Source: Reclinomonas americana ATCC 50394
Lineage: Eukaryota
Direction: 5' to 3'
NCBI GenBank assembly: GCA_048213135.1
Contig: PS015010.1
Coordinates: 124,001-188,000, forward strand
DNA: 64,000 bases
Below, in pieces: positions 1-12,007 of this stretch. The translations under genes and the position numbers were made by a program. The notes beneath the pieces are model-generated. The model did not search any database and was not told the origin of the DNA. It was given only the letters and a program-made list of their open reading frames with translations. Each line of letters opens with the position of its first letter. Positions within the stretch are counted from its first letter, which is position 1.

Positions 1-111
1 AACATCAAGTTTTACTTCGACCAGCGCAGGGTAATACCTTATATCTCTTCCAGTGCGCCCATTACCAATACCAGGGCGGGTGTGCAGGTGAGGATATCGC
101 TTACAGAATAA
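1..111 (+). CDS. sprA: 3' end of T9SS translocon SprA/Sov (partial)
   Basis: Frame 1 reads NIKFYFDQRRVIPYISSSAPITNTRAGVQVRISLTE*, resembling the SprA C-terminus; followed by a terminator; absent from the ORF track. Confidence 0.7.
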   Translation, partial: NIKFYFDQRRVIPYISSSAPITNTRAGVQVRISLTE

Positions 112-128
112 TAATCAAACAAACAGAT

Positions 129-164
129 AAAGAAAAGGTCCCGTATATGCGGGACCTTTTCTTT
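129..164 (+). terminator. Intrinsic terminator
   Basis: AGAAAAGGTCCCG-tatatg-CGGGACCTTTTCTTT hairpin with T tract. Confidence 0.85.
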
Positions 165-168
165 AGGT

Positions 169-288
169 AGTGTCTCAGTACAGATAAGCTCTCCCACCAA
201 GCCGCTATGGCCACAAAGGGTTGCGAGGTAGAATATATACTTGGTGTTCTTTGTGTTTTTGTGGGAAATATATTCAGGCTGAGACACT
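169..288. repeat. ~120-bp nested palindrome, MITE/REP-like
   Basis: Terminal inverted repeat AGTGTCTCAG (169-178)/CTGAGACACT (279-288); inner pairs TCCCAC/GTGGGA and CACAAAG/CTTTGTG. Confidence 0.55.
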
Positions 289-375
289 GTCTTTCTTTAT
301 AACCCATTGCATATCAGGAAATAATTTGTAAGTTTATGACCTCGATACTTATTATACAGGCTCCTATAATATTTA

Positions 376-2196
376 TTGGTGAAAACTCTGCTTAAAACCA
401 TTTTACCACTGCTGCTTATTTGCCGGGTCGCTCCGGCACAGGTTTTTTATTCCGGTGGCGCTACTGTTACCGTAGCAAATGGCGGCATTCTCTTTGTCAA
501 CGGCGGTGCTGAATTTACCGGTGGAAGCACACTGGAAAACCACGGACAGATCACAACAACCAATAACTCAACCTTACCGGGTGCAGGTAATTTTGTACTG
601 GGCGGTGCTTCGTCAGCCGGGGGCAATGGCAATTACCGCGTGGAGCAGGACTGGATCAACAGCGCCACTTTCAATGCCGGTAACAGTACCGTGGAATTGT
701 TTGGCAATACCCTCCAGCAGATCACTTCTTTCAACAATACCTCAACTACTTTTCATCATCTCTTACTTACCGGCAGCGGAACCGGTAACAACAGGAAAAA
801 ACAATTACTGAATGTTGACGCCCGTACCGGGATTGGCGGTGTGCTGACGATTAACAACAGGGAACTGGCGACTGGAGTGAATATTTTTTATGTAGATGAT
901 CCGTCCCCGTCATCTGTAAGCAACAGTGCAGCGCCGGGCAATGAAGGCTTTGTAAGCAGCACCGGTGGTTATTTGTCGCGGGTTACCAACAGCAGTTCGT
1001 CTTATCTTTTTCCTGTAGGCTCATCGGCAGGTACTTTACGTTACCGCCCCCTGGCAGTGAAACCCGGCGATGCGGCGGTTAATACTTTCAGGGCAAGGCT
1101 GAATAATTATGACGCTACCACGGATGGTTTTAATATCAATCAGACAGGGATCGATGTATGTACTGTTAATCCGCTGTTCTATCATTCACTGCAGAGGACA
1201 TCAGGATCATCAGCGGCTGATGTTACACTTAGTTTTTCCCCTGCAGCAGATGGTAACTGGGCGCATATGGCCCGGTGGGCAACCGTGCCGGGAGAATGGA
1301 GCAGTATGGACCCGCCGGTAACGGGTACACTGGGCAGCCTGGCTACTGTTACACGGACATCCTGGAACTTCAGCGACAATGCCCCAGGCTATGCTTTATC
1401 AAAGGCAAGACCATTACCACCGCAATTGAATTGTCCTGCTTTCTGCGAACAATCGCTCAATAATATTTTTACCGCCACCGGTGCGCCTGCGGGTTACCTG
1501 TGGACGGTACCGCCGATGGCCACACTGGTATCGGGGCAGGGCACAGGCAGTATCCTCGTTAACTGGACAACCGGCACGGGCCCTGTATCTGTAGTGGCTG
1601 TAGGTGATCCGGGTTGTAACTCACTTCCCGCCAATTGTATTCCCGTTGTATACCCGTTACCGGATGCCCGCTTCAATGCTATAACACCTCATTCGCCTTA
1701 TTCGCTGGACTATACTTTCGCGGATGCCAGTTCCGGTGCGGGCCAGTGGAACTGGAATTTTGGCGATGGTAATATATCTTCAGAAATGTCGCCTGCTCAT
1801 CGTTTCCGGACGATTGGCGATTACCTGGTGAAGTTAAAAGTAACATCGGGACAGGGATGTACCGACGAAACTTCCCAATGGATATCCATCAAAAAATACA
1901 ATGTAAATGTGCCCAACAGCTTTACCCCGAACGGTGACGGAAGGAACGACCTGTTCCGCCCGCTGAGTGCCCCGGGTATGCCGCTGGTGCCCGGCGTATC
2001 GCTGCTGCAGTTCCATATTTTCGACCGGTGGGGAGAAGCGGTATATGTTGCCGGCAGCAATAACAATGCTGGGTGGGATGGAAAACGGAATGGTAAAGAC
2101 TGCCCGGTTGGCGCTTATGTTTACCGGATAAAATACAAAGACCTTACTACTGGCCTTATACAGGAATTGTCGGGCCAGGTAACCCTGATAAGATAA
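376..2196 (+). CDS. T9SS type B (gliding motility-associated C-terminal domain) protein with PKD domain
   Basis: Signal peptide; PKD motif [25 protein letters not shown]...IFDRWG...WDG...GQVTLIR. Confidence 0.85.
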   Translation: MVKTLLKTILPLLLICRVAPAQVFYSGGATVTVANGGILFVNGGAEFTGGSTLENHGQITTTNNSTLPGAGNFVLGGASSAGGNGNYRVEQDWINSATFNAGNSTVELFGNTLQQITSFNNTSTTFHHLLLTGSGTGNNRKKQLLNVDARTGIGGVLTINNRELATGVNIFYVDDPSPSSVSNSAAPGNEGFVSSTGGYLSRVTNSSSSYLFPVGSSAGTLRYRPLAVKPGDAAVNTFRARLNNYDATTDGFNINQTGIDVCTVNPLFYHSLQRTSGSSAADVTLSFSPAADGNWAHMARWATVPGEWSSMDPPVTGTLGSLATVTRTSWNFSDNAPGYALSKARPLPPQLNCPAFCEQSLNNIFTATGAPAGYLWTVPPMATLVSGQGTGSILVNWTTGTGPVSVVAVGDPGCNSLPANCIPVVYPLPDARFNAITPHSPYSLDYTFADASSGAGQWNWNFGDGNISSEMSPAHRFRTIGDYLVKLKVTSGQGCTDETSQWISIKKYNVNVPNSFTPNGDGRNDLFRPLSAPGMPLVPGVSLLQFHIFDRWGEAVYVAGSNNNAGWDGKRNGKDCPVGAYVYRIKYKDLTTGLIQELSGQVTLIR

Positions 2197-2200
2197 CATT

Positions 2201-3304
2201 ATGAATAAGCTTTTCCGGAAATTACTATTCAGTGTATTGTTCCTGGTGCCAGCCTTGTATTCCTGGGCGCAAAACAACGTAGGCATTGGTACAACAACGC
2301 CCAATCCTTCATCTGCGCTGGAAGTGAGATCCACCACACAGGGCGTACTGGTGCCGCGGCTGACTACGGCTCAGCGTATCGCCATTGTTAACCCATCGAA
2401 TGGTTTGCTGGTGTATGACACCGACCTGCAATGTTTTTACTATTATAATGCCGCTACGTCTGTATGGCAGAACCTCTGCGAAAGCGGGATCAACTGCTGG
2501 GATACGAATGGTAACCATGTCAATGATCCGCCGGAAGATGTGAATGGCGATGGTTTGTTCAACGCTTTGGATTGCGCAGGTGCCGCGGGCCCGGCTGGCC
2601 CAATTGGCGCAACAGGTCCTGCAGGCCCGCAGGGGCCAACAGGTGCAGCAGGCCCCGCAGGTCCGCAAGGCCCCATTGGTCCTGCTGGTGCTACCGGTCC
2701 TGCCGGTCCCACAGGTCCCATCGGTCCTGCCGGTCCCACAGGTCCCATCGGTCCTACGGGTGCAACTGGTCCTGCCGGTCCAATTGGTGCAACAGGTCCT
2801 GCCGGTCCCATCGGTCCAACTGGCGCTACCGGTCCGATTGGCCCAACAGGTGCTACAGGTGCCACAGGAGCCACCGGCCCTGCCGGTCCTGCAGGACCAG
2901 TAAATATGAGCACCTACAGCGTGGTAGGTACCACCAACATTACCACCAATACATCAGCCTTCAGTAATATGGCGGGCATGACCATCACTTTCACACCCAA
3001 AAATGCCAAATGCTTTGTGCACTTCTCAGCAGGCGGTACCTATGCGCCTGCGGGCACGGACGAGCGGAGTGCCTGGTTTGAGCTGCGTGTAAACGGCACG
3101 CTGGTAAAAGAGTTCGACATCCAGGGTGGTGAAGACTGGAACCAATATTTCGCTTCGTTCAGCTATCCCATCAATGTTACTGTTGGTGCATCCACTACAG
3201 TGTTGATCCGCTGGGCCACTGACGGAGGCGCTTATACTTTATTCAACAATGCAGGTACTGACTCTTATGCACAAAGGAGCCTGATCGTATACGACCAGCC
3301 GTAA
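2201..3304 (+). CDS. Secreted collagen-like protein with N-terminal [10 protein letters not shown] domain
   Basis: Signal peptide; VGIGT motif; 36 consecutive Gly-X-Y triplets; globular C-terminal domain. Confidence 0.85.
   Translation: MNKLFRKLLFSVLFLVPALYSWAQNNVGIGTTTPNPSSALEVRSTTQGVLVPRLTTAQRIAIVNPSNGLLVYDTDLQCFYYYNAATSVWQNLCESGINCWDTNGNHVNDPPEDVNGDGLFNALDCAGAAGPAGPIGATGPAGPQGPTGAAGPAGPQGPIGPAGATGPAGPTGPIGPAGPTGPIGPTGATGPAGPIGATGPAGPIGPTGATGPIGPTGATGATGATGPAGPAGPVNMSTYSVVGTTNITTNTSAFSNMAGMTITFTPKNAKCFVHFSAGGTYAPAGTDERSAWFELRVNGTLVKEFDIQGGEDWNQYFASFSYPINVTVGASTTVLIRWATDGGAYTLFNNAGTDSYAQRSLIVYDQP
2579..2902 (+). repeat. Collagen (Gly-X-Y)36 coding repeat
   Basis: 9-bp periodicity; exact 27-bp tandem GGTCCTGCCGGTCCCACAGGTCCCATC at 2696-2749. 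Confidence 0.9.
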
Positions 3305-3372
3305 CGAATGGACTTTTATTTTTTTGCAATTGTTGTAAAGGCGCTCTACATTGGTATAAATAATAGCAACCA

Positions 3373-4005
3373 ATGGCAACTGTAATTGATCAGCTCGCCT
3401 GCTCACTGGGGCGGCGCGACGAAGTACCCAACCAGGAACTGGCCCAAAAAATTGTAAAAGCAAAGGATAGGAGTGCTGTTAAGGAACTGGTGCTGCACCT
3501 GCAGCATAAAGACAAAGCCATCCGCAATGATTGTATAAAAGTATTGTACGAGACGGCGGGAGCCGAGCCCAAACTCGTGGCTCCTTACATTTCATCTTTC
3601 ATTGAACTGCTCGATCACAAAGACAACCGCATGCAATGGGGCGCCATGACAGCATTGAGCGCCGTTGCAAAAGAAAACCCGTCTCCCGTTTACGATGCCA
3701 TAGATACAATTATTGATGTTGCTGACAAAGGGTCTGTTATCACCAATGATCACTGCGTAAACATACTGGTGCATTTATGCGGAGAAAAAAAATACACACC
3801 TGCTGTTTTTCCCTTCCTGATGGAGCGGTTAAAAAAGAGCCCGGAAAACCAGTTGCCCATGTACGCGGAGAAAACATTGCCTGTTATCAATGCCGGCAAT
3901 AAAACGGCGTTTATTCAATTGCTTCAGTCAAGAATGAAAAAGATAGAAAAGGAATCAAAAAAGAAACGGCTGGAAAAAGTGCTGAAGCAAGCGGAGAAGA
4001 AATAA
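3373..4005 (+). CDS. Hypothetical HEAT/ARM-repeat-like protein
   Basis: 210-aa helical-looking ORF with HEAT-like patterns (LLDHKDNRMQWGAMTALSAVA). Confidence 0.6.
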   Translation: MATVIDQLACSLGRRDEVPNQELAQKIVKAKDRSAVKELVLHLQHKDKAIRNDCIKVLYETAGAEPKLVAPYISSFIELLDHKDNRMQWGAMTALSAVAKENPSPVYDAIDTIIDVADKGSVITNDHCVNILVHLCGEKKYTPAVFPFLMERLKKSPENQLPMYAEKTLPVINAGNKTAFIQLLQSRMKKIEKESKKKRLEKVLKQAEKK

Positions 4006-4057
4006 AAAAAGCCTCCTGGTGAGGGAAGGCTGAGGGGGAACAGAGATCAAGCAAGGC

Positions 4058-4531
4058 CTATTTTATTTTCTTCAGCAGCATAACATAGCCGCAAAGATTT
4101 TTCTTCTTTTTATTTACCTGTACAGGTTTGATCATGTGGTATTCTGAAAAGCGGGGTATATAGGAATAACTGATCACGTTACCATCCACATCGCCCCACA
4201 TTTTTTTCTGGTATACCACCTGCCTTTCATTCCAGTCGAACATCCGCACTTCATACAGCCTGGAAGTAATGTCGCCTATAAAAACGAACTGGTACCAGCT
4301 GCCTTCGGTGAGCGGTACAATAACGGGCATTTCATATTCACTTTCCATTTGCATGGAAGCTTCTTTCACTACAATAAAACCCTGCTGGGCAAGTAAAGAT
4401 TTGATGCTGTCTGCTTGTTGAGATATAGATGGGGAACTGCACGGAGCCTGGCGGATCACGTCCTGGGCTTTAATACCCTGTGCAAGGAAACACAGGATGG
4501 ATATACTGGATACCAGAAGCAGGTTCTTCAT
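4058..4531 (-). CDS. Hypothetical secreted protein
   Basis: Start reassigned to MKNLLLVSS, which begins a signal peptide (IKA-Q). Confidence 0.65.
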   Translation of the reverse strand: MKNLLLVSSISILCFLAQGIKAQDVIRQAPCSSPSISQQADSIKSLLAQQGFIVVKEASMQMESEYEMPVIVPLTEGSWYQFVFIGDITSRLYEVRMFDWNERQVVYQKKMWGDVDGNVISYSYIPRFSEYHMIKPVQVNKKKKNLCGYVMLLKKIK

Positions 4532-4714
4532 CGGTTTGTCTTTCAATTTGATATTAGGATGGTAAAACAATGTTACTACTTTTTACCATCTTTTGCAAAA
4601 ATGAATTTGCAATGGATTTCCGTGGTTTAGAACGTTAATCCGGTAACCAATATTGTACCAAACTCCGCCGGAATGCAGATAATATAAAAGAAAAAGAGGC
4701 CCCTTTCTGCTAAC

Positions 4715-5476
4715 TTATTGATCCTTATAGATGTAGATGCTGTTGGCCTGTGCCGTGCAGGTGATTACCAGGTCGTTGATGCAAACATGAGGGGGGAGGC
4801 TGGCGCAGTAATAAATGCTGTCGGCTATATCGGCGCCGGTAAGCGGGGTAAAGCCGTCGTATGTGGCGCTGGCTTTTGCCGCTTCGCCTTTAAACCGCAC
4901 CAGGGAAAATTCGGTTTCCACGGCACCGGGGTGTATAGCAGTTACCTTAATGCGATGTTTGAGCAGGTCGATGCGCTGCGATTTGCTGATGGCGTCTACG
5001 GCAAATTTACTGGCACAGTAAACATTTCCTTTTTCATATACATCCTTTCCTGCTACGGAACCGATGTTAATGATATGGCCTTTTTCCCGGGCGATCATAA
5101 AGGGCAGTACCGCACGGCTCATGTACAACAGGCCATGTACGTTGGTGTCCAGCATGGTTTCCCAGTCCTGCATATCCGCATCTTCAAAACTGTCGCGGCC
5201 AAGGGCCAGTCCGGCATTGTTGATGAGCACATCAATGGTTTGCCAGCCGGCCGGTAACTGTGCCATGGAGGAAAAGACAGCTTCCTTATCCTGCACATCA
5301 AAGCAAAGCGGCAGTACGCGGATGCTGTATTGTTGTTGCAACGCTGATTGTATTTCTTCCAGGCGGTCTTTTCTTCTTCCTGTGATGATGATGTCGTATC
5401 CTGAAGCGGCGAATTTTTCGGCGCAGGCCTTTCCAATACCGGAAGTGGCGCCTGTGATCAGTACAATGGGGTTCAT
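4715..5476 (-). CDS. SDR family NADP-dependent oxidoreductase (YdfG-like)
   Basis: TGATSGIG, NNAGLALG, YCASK, PGAVETEFS motifs. Confidence 0.9.
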   Translation of the reverse strand: MNPIVLITGATSGIGKACAEKFAASGYDIIITGRRKDRLEEIQSALQQQYSIRVLPLCFDVQDKEAVFSSMAQLPAGWQTIDVLINNAGLALGRDSFEDADMQDWETMLDTNVHGLLYMSRAVLPFMIAREKGHIINIGSVAGKDVYEKGNVYCASKFAVDAISKSQRIDLLKHRIKVTAIHPGAVETEFSLVRFKGEAAKASATYDGFTPLTGADIADSIYYCASLPPHVCINDLVITCTAQANSIYIYKDQ

Positions 5477-5510
5477 TGGCAGATGGATGATCTTGTTCTT
5501 TGGTTCTTGT

Positions 5511-8117
5511 TTATCTTACCAGCACTACATAGCCTTTCCGCTTGATGGTGTGATTTTCATAGTCTACACCTTCGGCATACCATACATAGGTTCCGGCATC
5601 CTGTCCGCGTCCGCCGAAAGTGCCGTCCCATCCCAGTTTGGCATCGGTACCGGAATAGACCATTTGTCCCCAGCGGTTGAACACGCGGAAAACATCCAAT
5701 GATTTCATACCGATAGGAATGGGTCTGAACACATCATTCAAACCATCACCATTGGGGGAGAAGGCGGTGGGCACAAACAGGTCGGGCTTCACACGGAAAA
5801 CCCTTACAAAAATGGTATCCGTATCAAAGCAGCCGATATCATTGCTCACCCTTACCACGTATTCAATATCATTCTGTGGCAGGGCGATGGGGTTACGAAT
5901 ATTGGGATTGTCGAGCCAGGTAGTGGGTGTCCATGAATAGTTGGTACTGCCACTGGCGCCCAGTTGCAAAGGTTGTCCTATTACAACGGAAGTATCCCTG
6001 GGACCGGCATCTGCCACAATATTGGCTACGGTCAGGATAATCGTATCATTCACCGGTTTAGGACAGCCTTTATTGTCCCGAACAGTAACTACATAACGAA
6101 CACTGCTGGTAGGCCTTACCGATACGGGATTGGGAATATTGGTGGCCGAAAGGAATACTCTCGGGCTCCAGCTGTAACTGTTGCCACCAGAGGCCTGCAG
6201 CTGGGCGGAGCCTCCCATACAGATGGTCTGATCGGGACCGGCATCCGCATCAGGATAAGGCACCGGCGTTACGGTAATATTATTGACGGCGTTGCATTTG
6301 CCAATGGAACCTGTCACATGGTACGTGGTGGTTACGAGCGGCTTTACAACCGGGTTGCGGATCGATGTATTGCTGATGGAGCCATCGTCGGGCGTCCAAG
6401 TATAATTTAGCGCATCACTCACCAGGTTAAGTGTTATGGCATCACCGAGGCATATGGTAGTATCTCCCGGTGCAAATTGTGTTACACGGTCCACTACATT
6501 CACCCTTACGGTATCTCCGCCGGTGCAGCCAAACGGATCGGTGAGCTGTACATGGTAAGTGGTAGATACATCGGGACTAACCAATGGTGTATGTGAAGTA
6601 ACGTCATTGATCATGTAGTTCGGCGACCAGAGTACATTGCCAACACCTATGGCCGTGAGTTGCAGGGTATCGATACTGCAGATCAGCGTATCGTTGGATA
6701 ATTGCAGCGCCGGTTTATCAGTGATAGGAATTTTTTTGTACAGTGTATCGGTACATCCCTTGCTGCTTTTTACAATAAACGTCACATCATAATCACCGGA
6801 AGTAGCGTAGGTGTGCGTAGGATTTTGTATGCCCGATGTATTGAGGGTGCCTGAAACAGGATCACCGAAATTCCATTGCCAGAAATTGACCGTGCCAAAG
6901 GCGGCCGTGGTAAGATCCGTAAACTGTATAGGTGTATTCTTGCATTGCCCTTCCACTTTGAAATCCGGGAAGAATCCGGGGTATAGTTTAACGATGGCGC
7001 TGTCGGTAGCCTCGCAGGGAAGCCCTTTGTTCACGGTGAGTTTTAATTTGTAATCTCCCGCAGCTGCATAGGGATGTATAGGGGCGGCTTGAGTAGAGGT
7101 ATTGCCATCTCCGAATTCCCAAAGATAAGTTTGAATATTAGTGTTGGGTCCGCCATTTTTAAAACTAACGATAAAGTCATCGCAAAAAACATATTCGGGG
7201 TCTAAATCTGCAACAGTTAATGAACAATCTTCAGAACGGATATGCAGTGATTTTCTTACCTCCGCTATCTTGGTATTGGTCCCCCTTTTGTATTCACTCA
7301 CCACAACCGTGATCACATAAGTACCAATCTTGGGCGCAATACCACTTACTATGCCCGTAAAGCGGTTGATGGTTACGCCTGGCCCAAGAGGTTGCGTACC
7401 AGAATATCCCAATGCATAAGGAATAAGCGGGAACGGGGGTGAACCGGACTGTGGCGGGTTGGCATTGCCCGGCGAGCCGCCATTATAAGCAGATGTGAAT
7501 TCATATACGAGGGAATCACCGTCAACATCGGTTGCGCTGAAGTCAAATTCAAAAGGATTGTCCTGGCAAATGATGGCCGTATCGTTCTGTGCGAATTTGG
7601 CGCTGTTGTTCAGCTGGGCGCCGGGGTTGAAGTTGCCGGGTATCGATACCGTCCATGTTTCTCCCAGGTTATTGGTCGGAGGCAGTAGGTTAATAATGTT
7701 GGTAATACGGCAGCAACGCTGGTTGGCCACGATAAAGCCACTGCTGGTTACGGGCAGGTCAACAAATACTTCGAATGTGCGGATGCGGTAACAAATAGCG
7801 GGAATATTGGTAATACAGGGATGACATTCCGGTGTTGTACAATTGTTGATGGTGATGTCGCTGGTAAGCGGCGCGGTGAGGTTGGCGAACACCTGGCCAT
7901 TTCCTGCATTGAATATGGTGAATGTGGCGCTGGGATCTTCCTGGCCGGGATTGAGTATACATTCGGTATACATTTTCAGCACCACGCGGTATTGTACCGT
8001 GTTGGGGGCAGTACCCGGACCGATCGTTTCATAATACATCCATCCTCCCTTGGTATGATTACCCAACGACGCAAGCGAAGACAACAAAAAGCACAAGCCA
8101 AAAAAGAGCTTTTGCAT
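5511..8117 (-). CDS. PKD-domain T9SS type B protein
   Basis: HTKGG N-terminal motif; two PKD domains (WEFGDG, WNFGD); ADAGPD repeats; CTD VPTAFSPNGDGLND...FNRWG...GYVVLVR. Confidence 0.85.
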   Translation of the reverse strand: MQKLFFGLCFLLSSLASLGNHTKGGWMYYETIGPGTAPNTVQYRVVLKMYTECILNPGQEDPSATFTIFNAGNGQVFANLTAPLTSDITINNCTTPECHPCITNIPAICYRIRTFEVFVDLPVTSSGFIVANQRCCRITNIINLLPPTNNLGETWTVSIPGNFNPGAQLNNSAKFAQNDTAIICQDNPFEFDFSATDVDGDSLVYEFTSAYNGGSPGNANPPQSGSPPFPLIPYALGYSGTQPLGPGVTINRFTGIVSGIAPKIGTYVITVVVSEYKRGTNTKIAEVRKSLHIRSEDCSLTVADLDPEYVFCDDFIVSFKNGGPNTNIQTYLWEFGDGNTSTQAAPIHPYAAAGDYKLKLTVNKGLPCEATDSAIVKLYPGFFPDFKVEGQCKNTPIQFTDLTTAAFGTVNFWQWNFGDPVSGTLNTSGIQNPTHTYATSGDYDVTFIVKSSKGCTDTLYKKIPITDKPALQLSNDTLICSIDTLQLTAIGVGNVLWSPNYMINDVTSHTPLVSPDVSTTYHVQLTDPFGCTGGDTVRVNVVDRVTQFAPGDTTICLGDAITLNLVSDALNYTWTPDDGSISNTSIRNPVVKPLVTTTYHVTGSIGKCNAVNNITVTPVPYPDADAGPDQTICMGGSAQLQASGGNSYSWSPRVFLSATNIPNPVSVRPTSSVRYVVTVRDNKGCPKPVNDTIILTVANIVADAGPRDTSVVIGQPLQLGASGSTNYSWTPTTWLDNPNIRNPIALPQNDIEYVVRVSNDIGCFDTDTIFVRVFRVKPDLFVPTAFSPNGDGLNDVFRPIPIGMKSLDVFRVFNRWGQMVYSGTDAKLGWDGTFGGRGQDAGTYVWYAEGVDYENHTIKRKGYVVLVR

Positions 8118-8278
8118 ATTAGGGATTTGAGATGCGTAACACAGTATTAATACAGACCTAAAAATAACGAAAAACGCTGTTTCCCGGGGGAAAGAAAGGC
8201 TGAAATCCGGTCAATCCCCGGGAAATATCGGTAAACGACAGGTTTTGGTTGTCTGAAGGATTACAAACGTCGTATCTC

Positions 8279-9088
8279 TTATGATAAAAGGAAAGAAAGA
8301 AGGGCATCGGTAACTATGCCTGACTCCTCCCACATACCCATATGGGCGCTGTGCCGGAGAATGTGTACATGAGATTGCGTGGGGAGATAACATTGCCGGA
8401 GACCCTGGTCGAACGGAACAGCTTTATCGTGTACGCCAAGGATAAAAAGAATGGGCTTAGAAAAACTGCGAAGAATGGCTGTCCTGTCGGGACGGCATAT
8501 CATAGCCCGGTAATATTGTACCAGCGCTTCGGTAGTGAATAAACGGCTGCGTTTTACCAACTCCTGTATCCTGCCGGGTTCCGCGGAGCTGAATTCAGGG
8601 CCGATCAAACCGGGGATGCTGGTGGTAAGGAATTCATACGCTCCGTTCGTTTCCATAAAGGCAATGGCTTTTTCGCGGGTGGCTTTTTTTTCTTCGCTGT
8701 CGGCATAAGCACTTGAATGTACCAGCCCGAAACCACTGAGCATGGCCGGGTATTTTTCGGCAAACGCAAGCGTAATATAACCACCCATACTGTGCCCGAG
8801 CATACAACAGTTTTCAATGTTTTCGGCATCGAGTAAGGCTTTCAATGCATCGGCATAATCATCAATACTTACAGAATCACCGGCAAGCAAAGAGGATCGG
8901 CCGCTTCCGGGCAGGTCGGGTATAAAAAGTCGAAACTGTTCCGCCAGCCGTGGTACCTGTTCCTGCCAGATGTCGCCATCTTCACCAAAACCATGCACCA
9001 GCATCACAGGAGCACCCTCACCGGTAACACGGTAAAACAAAGAAGAAGTTCCGTATGTGATCGTTTTCTCCTGCTTCATCGCTGACAT
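8279..9088 (-). CDS. Alpha/beta fold hydrolase
   Basis: HGFGE, DLPGSGRS, GHSMGG nucleophile elbow, D and H triad positions. Confidence 0.9.
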   Translation of the reverse strand: MSAMKQEKTITYGTSSLFYRVTGEGAPVMLVHGFGEDGDIWQEQVPRLAEQFRLFIPDLPGSGRSSLLAGDSVSIDDYADALKALLDAENIENCCMLGHSMGGYITLAFAEKYPAMLSGFGLVHSSAYADSEEKKATREKAIAFMETNGAYEFLTTSIPGLIGPEFSSAEPGRIQELVKRSRLFTTEALVQYYRAMICRPDRTAILRSFSKPILFILGVHDKAVPFDQGLRQCYLPTQSHVHILRHSAHMGMWEESGIVTDALLSFLLS

Positions 9089-9144
9089 ATAATGATTGAT
9101 AAATTACTGCATTCGTGTATTTGCATATCCGCACATTAACCCAT

Positions 9145-10293
9145 TCATCTCATTCCCATCCGCAGCGCCCTGAACATCAATAATACTACAACTGGCAGGA
9201 GCGCATTGTTCATTTGTTGCGGCAGAAAAAACCAGGCCAATAGCAACAGGGCCATGGCAACACCCGTATAAGTAAAATACAACCTGGCCCAGCGGCGGGA
9301 ACTGCTGATGAAAAAAGCCATAACGGCATGTGTGGGCAGGGCCCAGAGCAGGTTGAAATTCCTGCTGCACATCGTATGATCGGTGGCCGTCCACATCAGG
9401 ATGATGATGATGCCCAGAACGCCACTTAAAAAGAACAATAATCCATCGAACCCCTGCAGCAATCCTTTCAGGAAATTATTTTTAGAGAAAGACAGCAGCG
9501 CCATCAAAACCAGTAAGGCGGTAAAGCAGGCGAAGGGTGTAAGCCGCCAGCTGTTGTTGCCGGGTTCTATGGGGTACAGGTTTTGCGATGAAAGGACCAT
9601 GCTGCGACTGCTGTCGAGGCTCTTCATCAGGTTGTCGGGAAGGAACTGCATTTGTTCGGCGTTCATCACAGCATCGCAGGGGACACCGAGTAAGATGTCG
9701 ATACCCAGTTTGCTCCAGGGTTGTTTATTCTTGTCGAGGTAATGATGTATGGCATCACGAAAGCTGGTGCCGGCGGGCATTACGGCTATGCGGCAAAAAC
9801 TGCTGTCGTGGTTGCGTTTAATGATGTCCCTCAGCCTTGTCGTACAGTTGTCGAAAAAGAAATCGTACCGGTAATACCTGTTCTCTTCTTTGGCATTCTC
9901 ATTCAGGAATTGCTGTATGCGGATTTTTTCTGATGGCGTTAAGTTAAGTACCTGCTCGGTTATGCCCCGGTTGGTGGAGCGGTAGAGTTCTTTAAAATCA
10001 TCGAAGCGTTCAAGTGAAAGAAAATACAGGAGTTTCCCACGAACGAATTTCAGGTAGAAACCATCATCATCAAAATTGAAGGTGCCGTAATTGTATACGA
10101 TGTCAGTCACCCGGAAACTGTCCACCTCGTCTACAATGCGGATGGCACTGTGCCCGAATGTGGAATACAGTTCTTCACCGGGTGTGCAGGTGAGCAGGGA
10201 AATGCGTAATCTTGAACTGTCCTGCGCTGAAGCGATATTCGTGAAAAGAACGAACAGCAACAGCAGTATCTTGTTTCGGGTTGAGGGTGCCAA
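9145..10293 (-). CDS. DUF4105 protein (Lnb-type lipoprotein N-acyltransferase family)
   Basis: ISLLTCTPGEELYSTFGHSAIR, YNYGTFNF, YDFFFDNCTTR motifs plus C-terminal TM helices. Confidence 0.75.
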   Translation of the reverse strand: MAPSTRNKILLLLFVLFTNIASAQDSSRLRISLLTCTPGEELYSTFGHSAIRIVDEVDSFRVTDIVYNYGTFNFDDDGFYLKFVRGKLLYFLSLERFDDFKELYRSTNRGITEQVLNLTPSEKIRIQQFLNENAKEENRYYRYDFFFDNCTTRLRDIIKRNHDSSFCRIAVMPAGTSFRDAIHHYLDKNKQPWSKLGIDILLGVPCDAVMNAEQMQFLPDNLMKSLDSSRSMVLSSQNLYPIEPGNNSWRLTPFACFTALLVLMALLSFSKNNFLKGLLQGFDGLLFFLSGVLGIIIILMWTATDHTMCSRNFNLLWALPTHAVMAFFISSSRRWARLYFTYTGVAMALLLLAWFFLPQQMNNALLPVVVLLMFRALRMGMR

Positions 10294-10332
10294 GTGACCG
10301 GTTGTTAGTGATGAATCGGGAATTGATGACTG

Positions 10333-11886
<1,554 letters not shown>

Positions 11887-11898
11887 TTAATACCACCG

Positions 11899-11963
11899 GT
11901 CATCCCGACGAGAGGAGGGATCTCTCTTTATAACTGATAGATGCTTCGTTTCCTCAGCATGAC
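11899..11963. repeat. REP-like palindromic element
   Basis: GTCATCCCGACGAGAGGAGGGATCT ... AGATGCTTCGTTTCCTCAGCATGAC, imperfect inverted arms in the dprA-guaB spacer. Confidence 0.7.
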
Positions 11964-12007
11964 AATTCAAGACTGGTTTCAAACTGGTACACTACCCGGA
12001 GGACTGA

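Noticed and set aside
2443..2967. Antisense and alternative-frame repetitive ORFs (GPVAP, RSHRS)
   Set aside because: Shadows of the collagen GXY repeat
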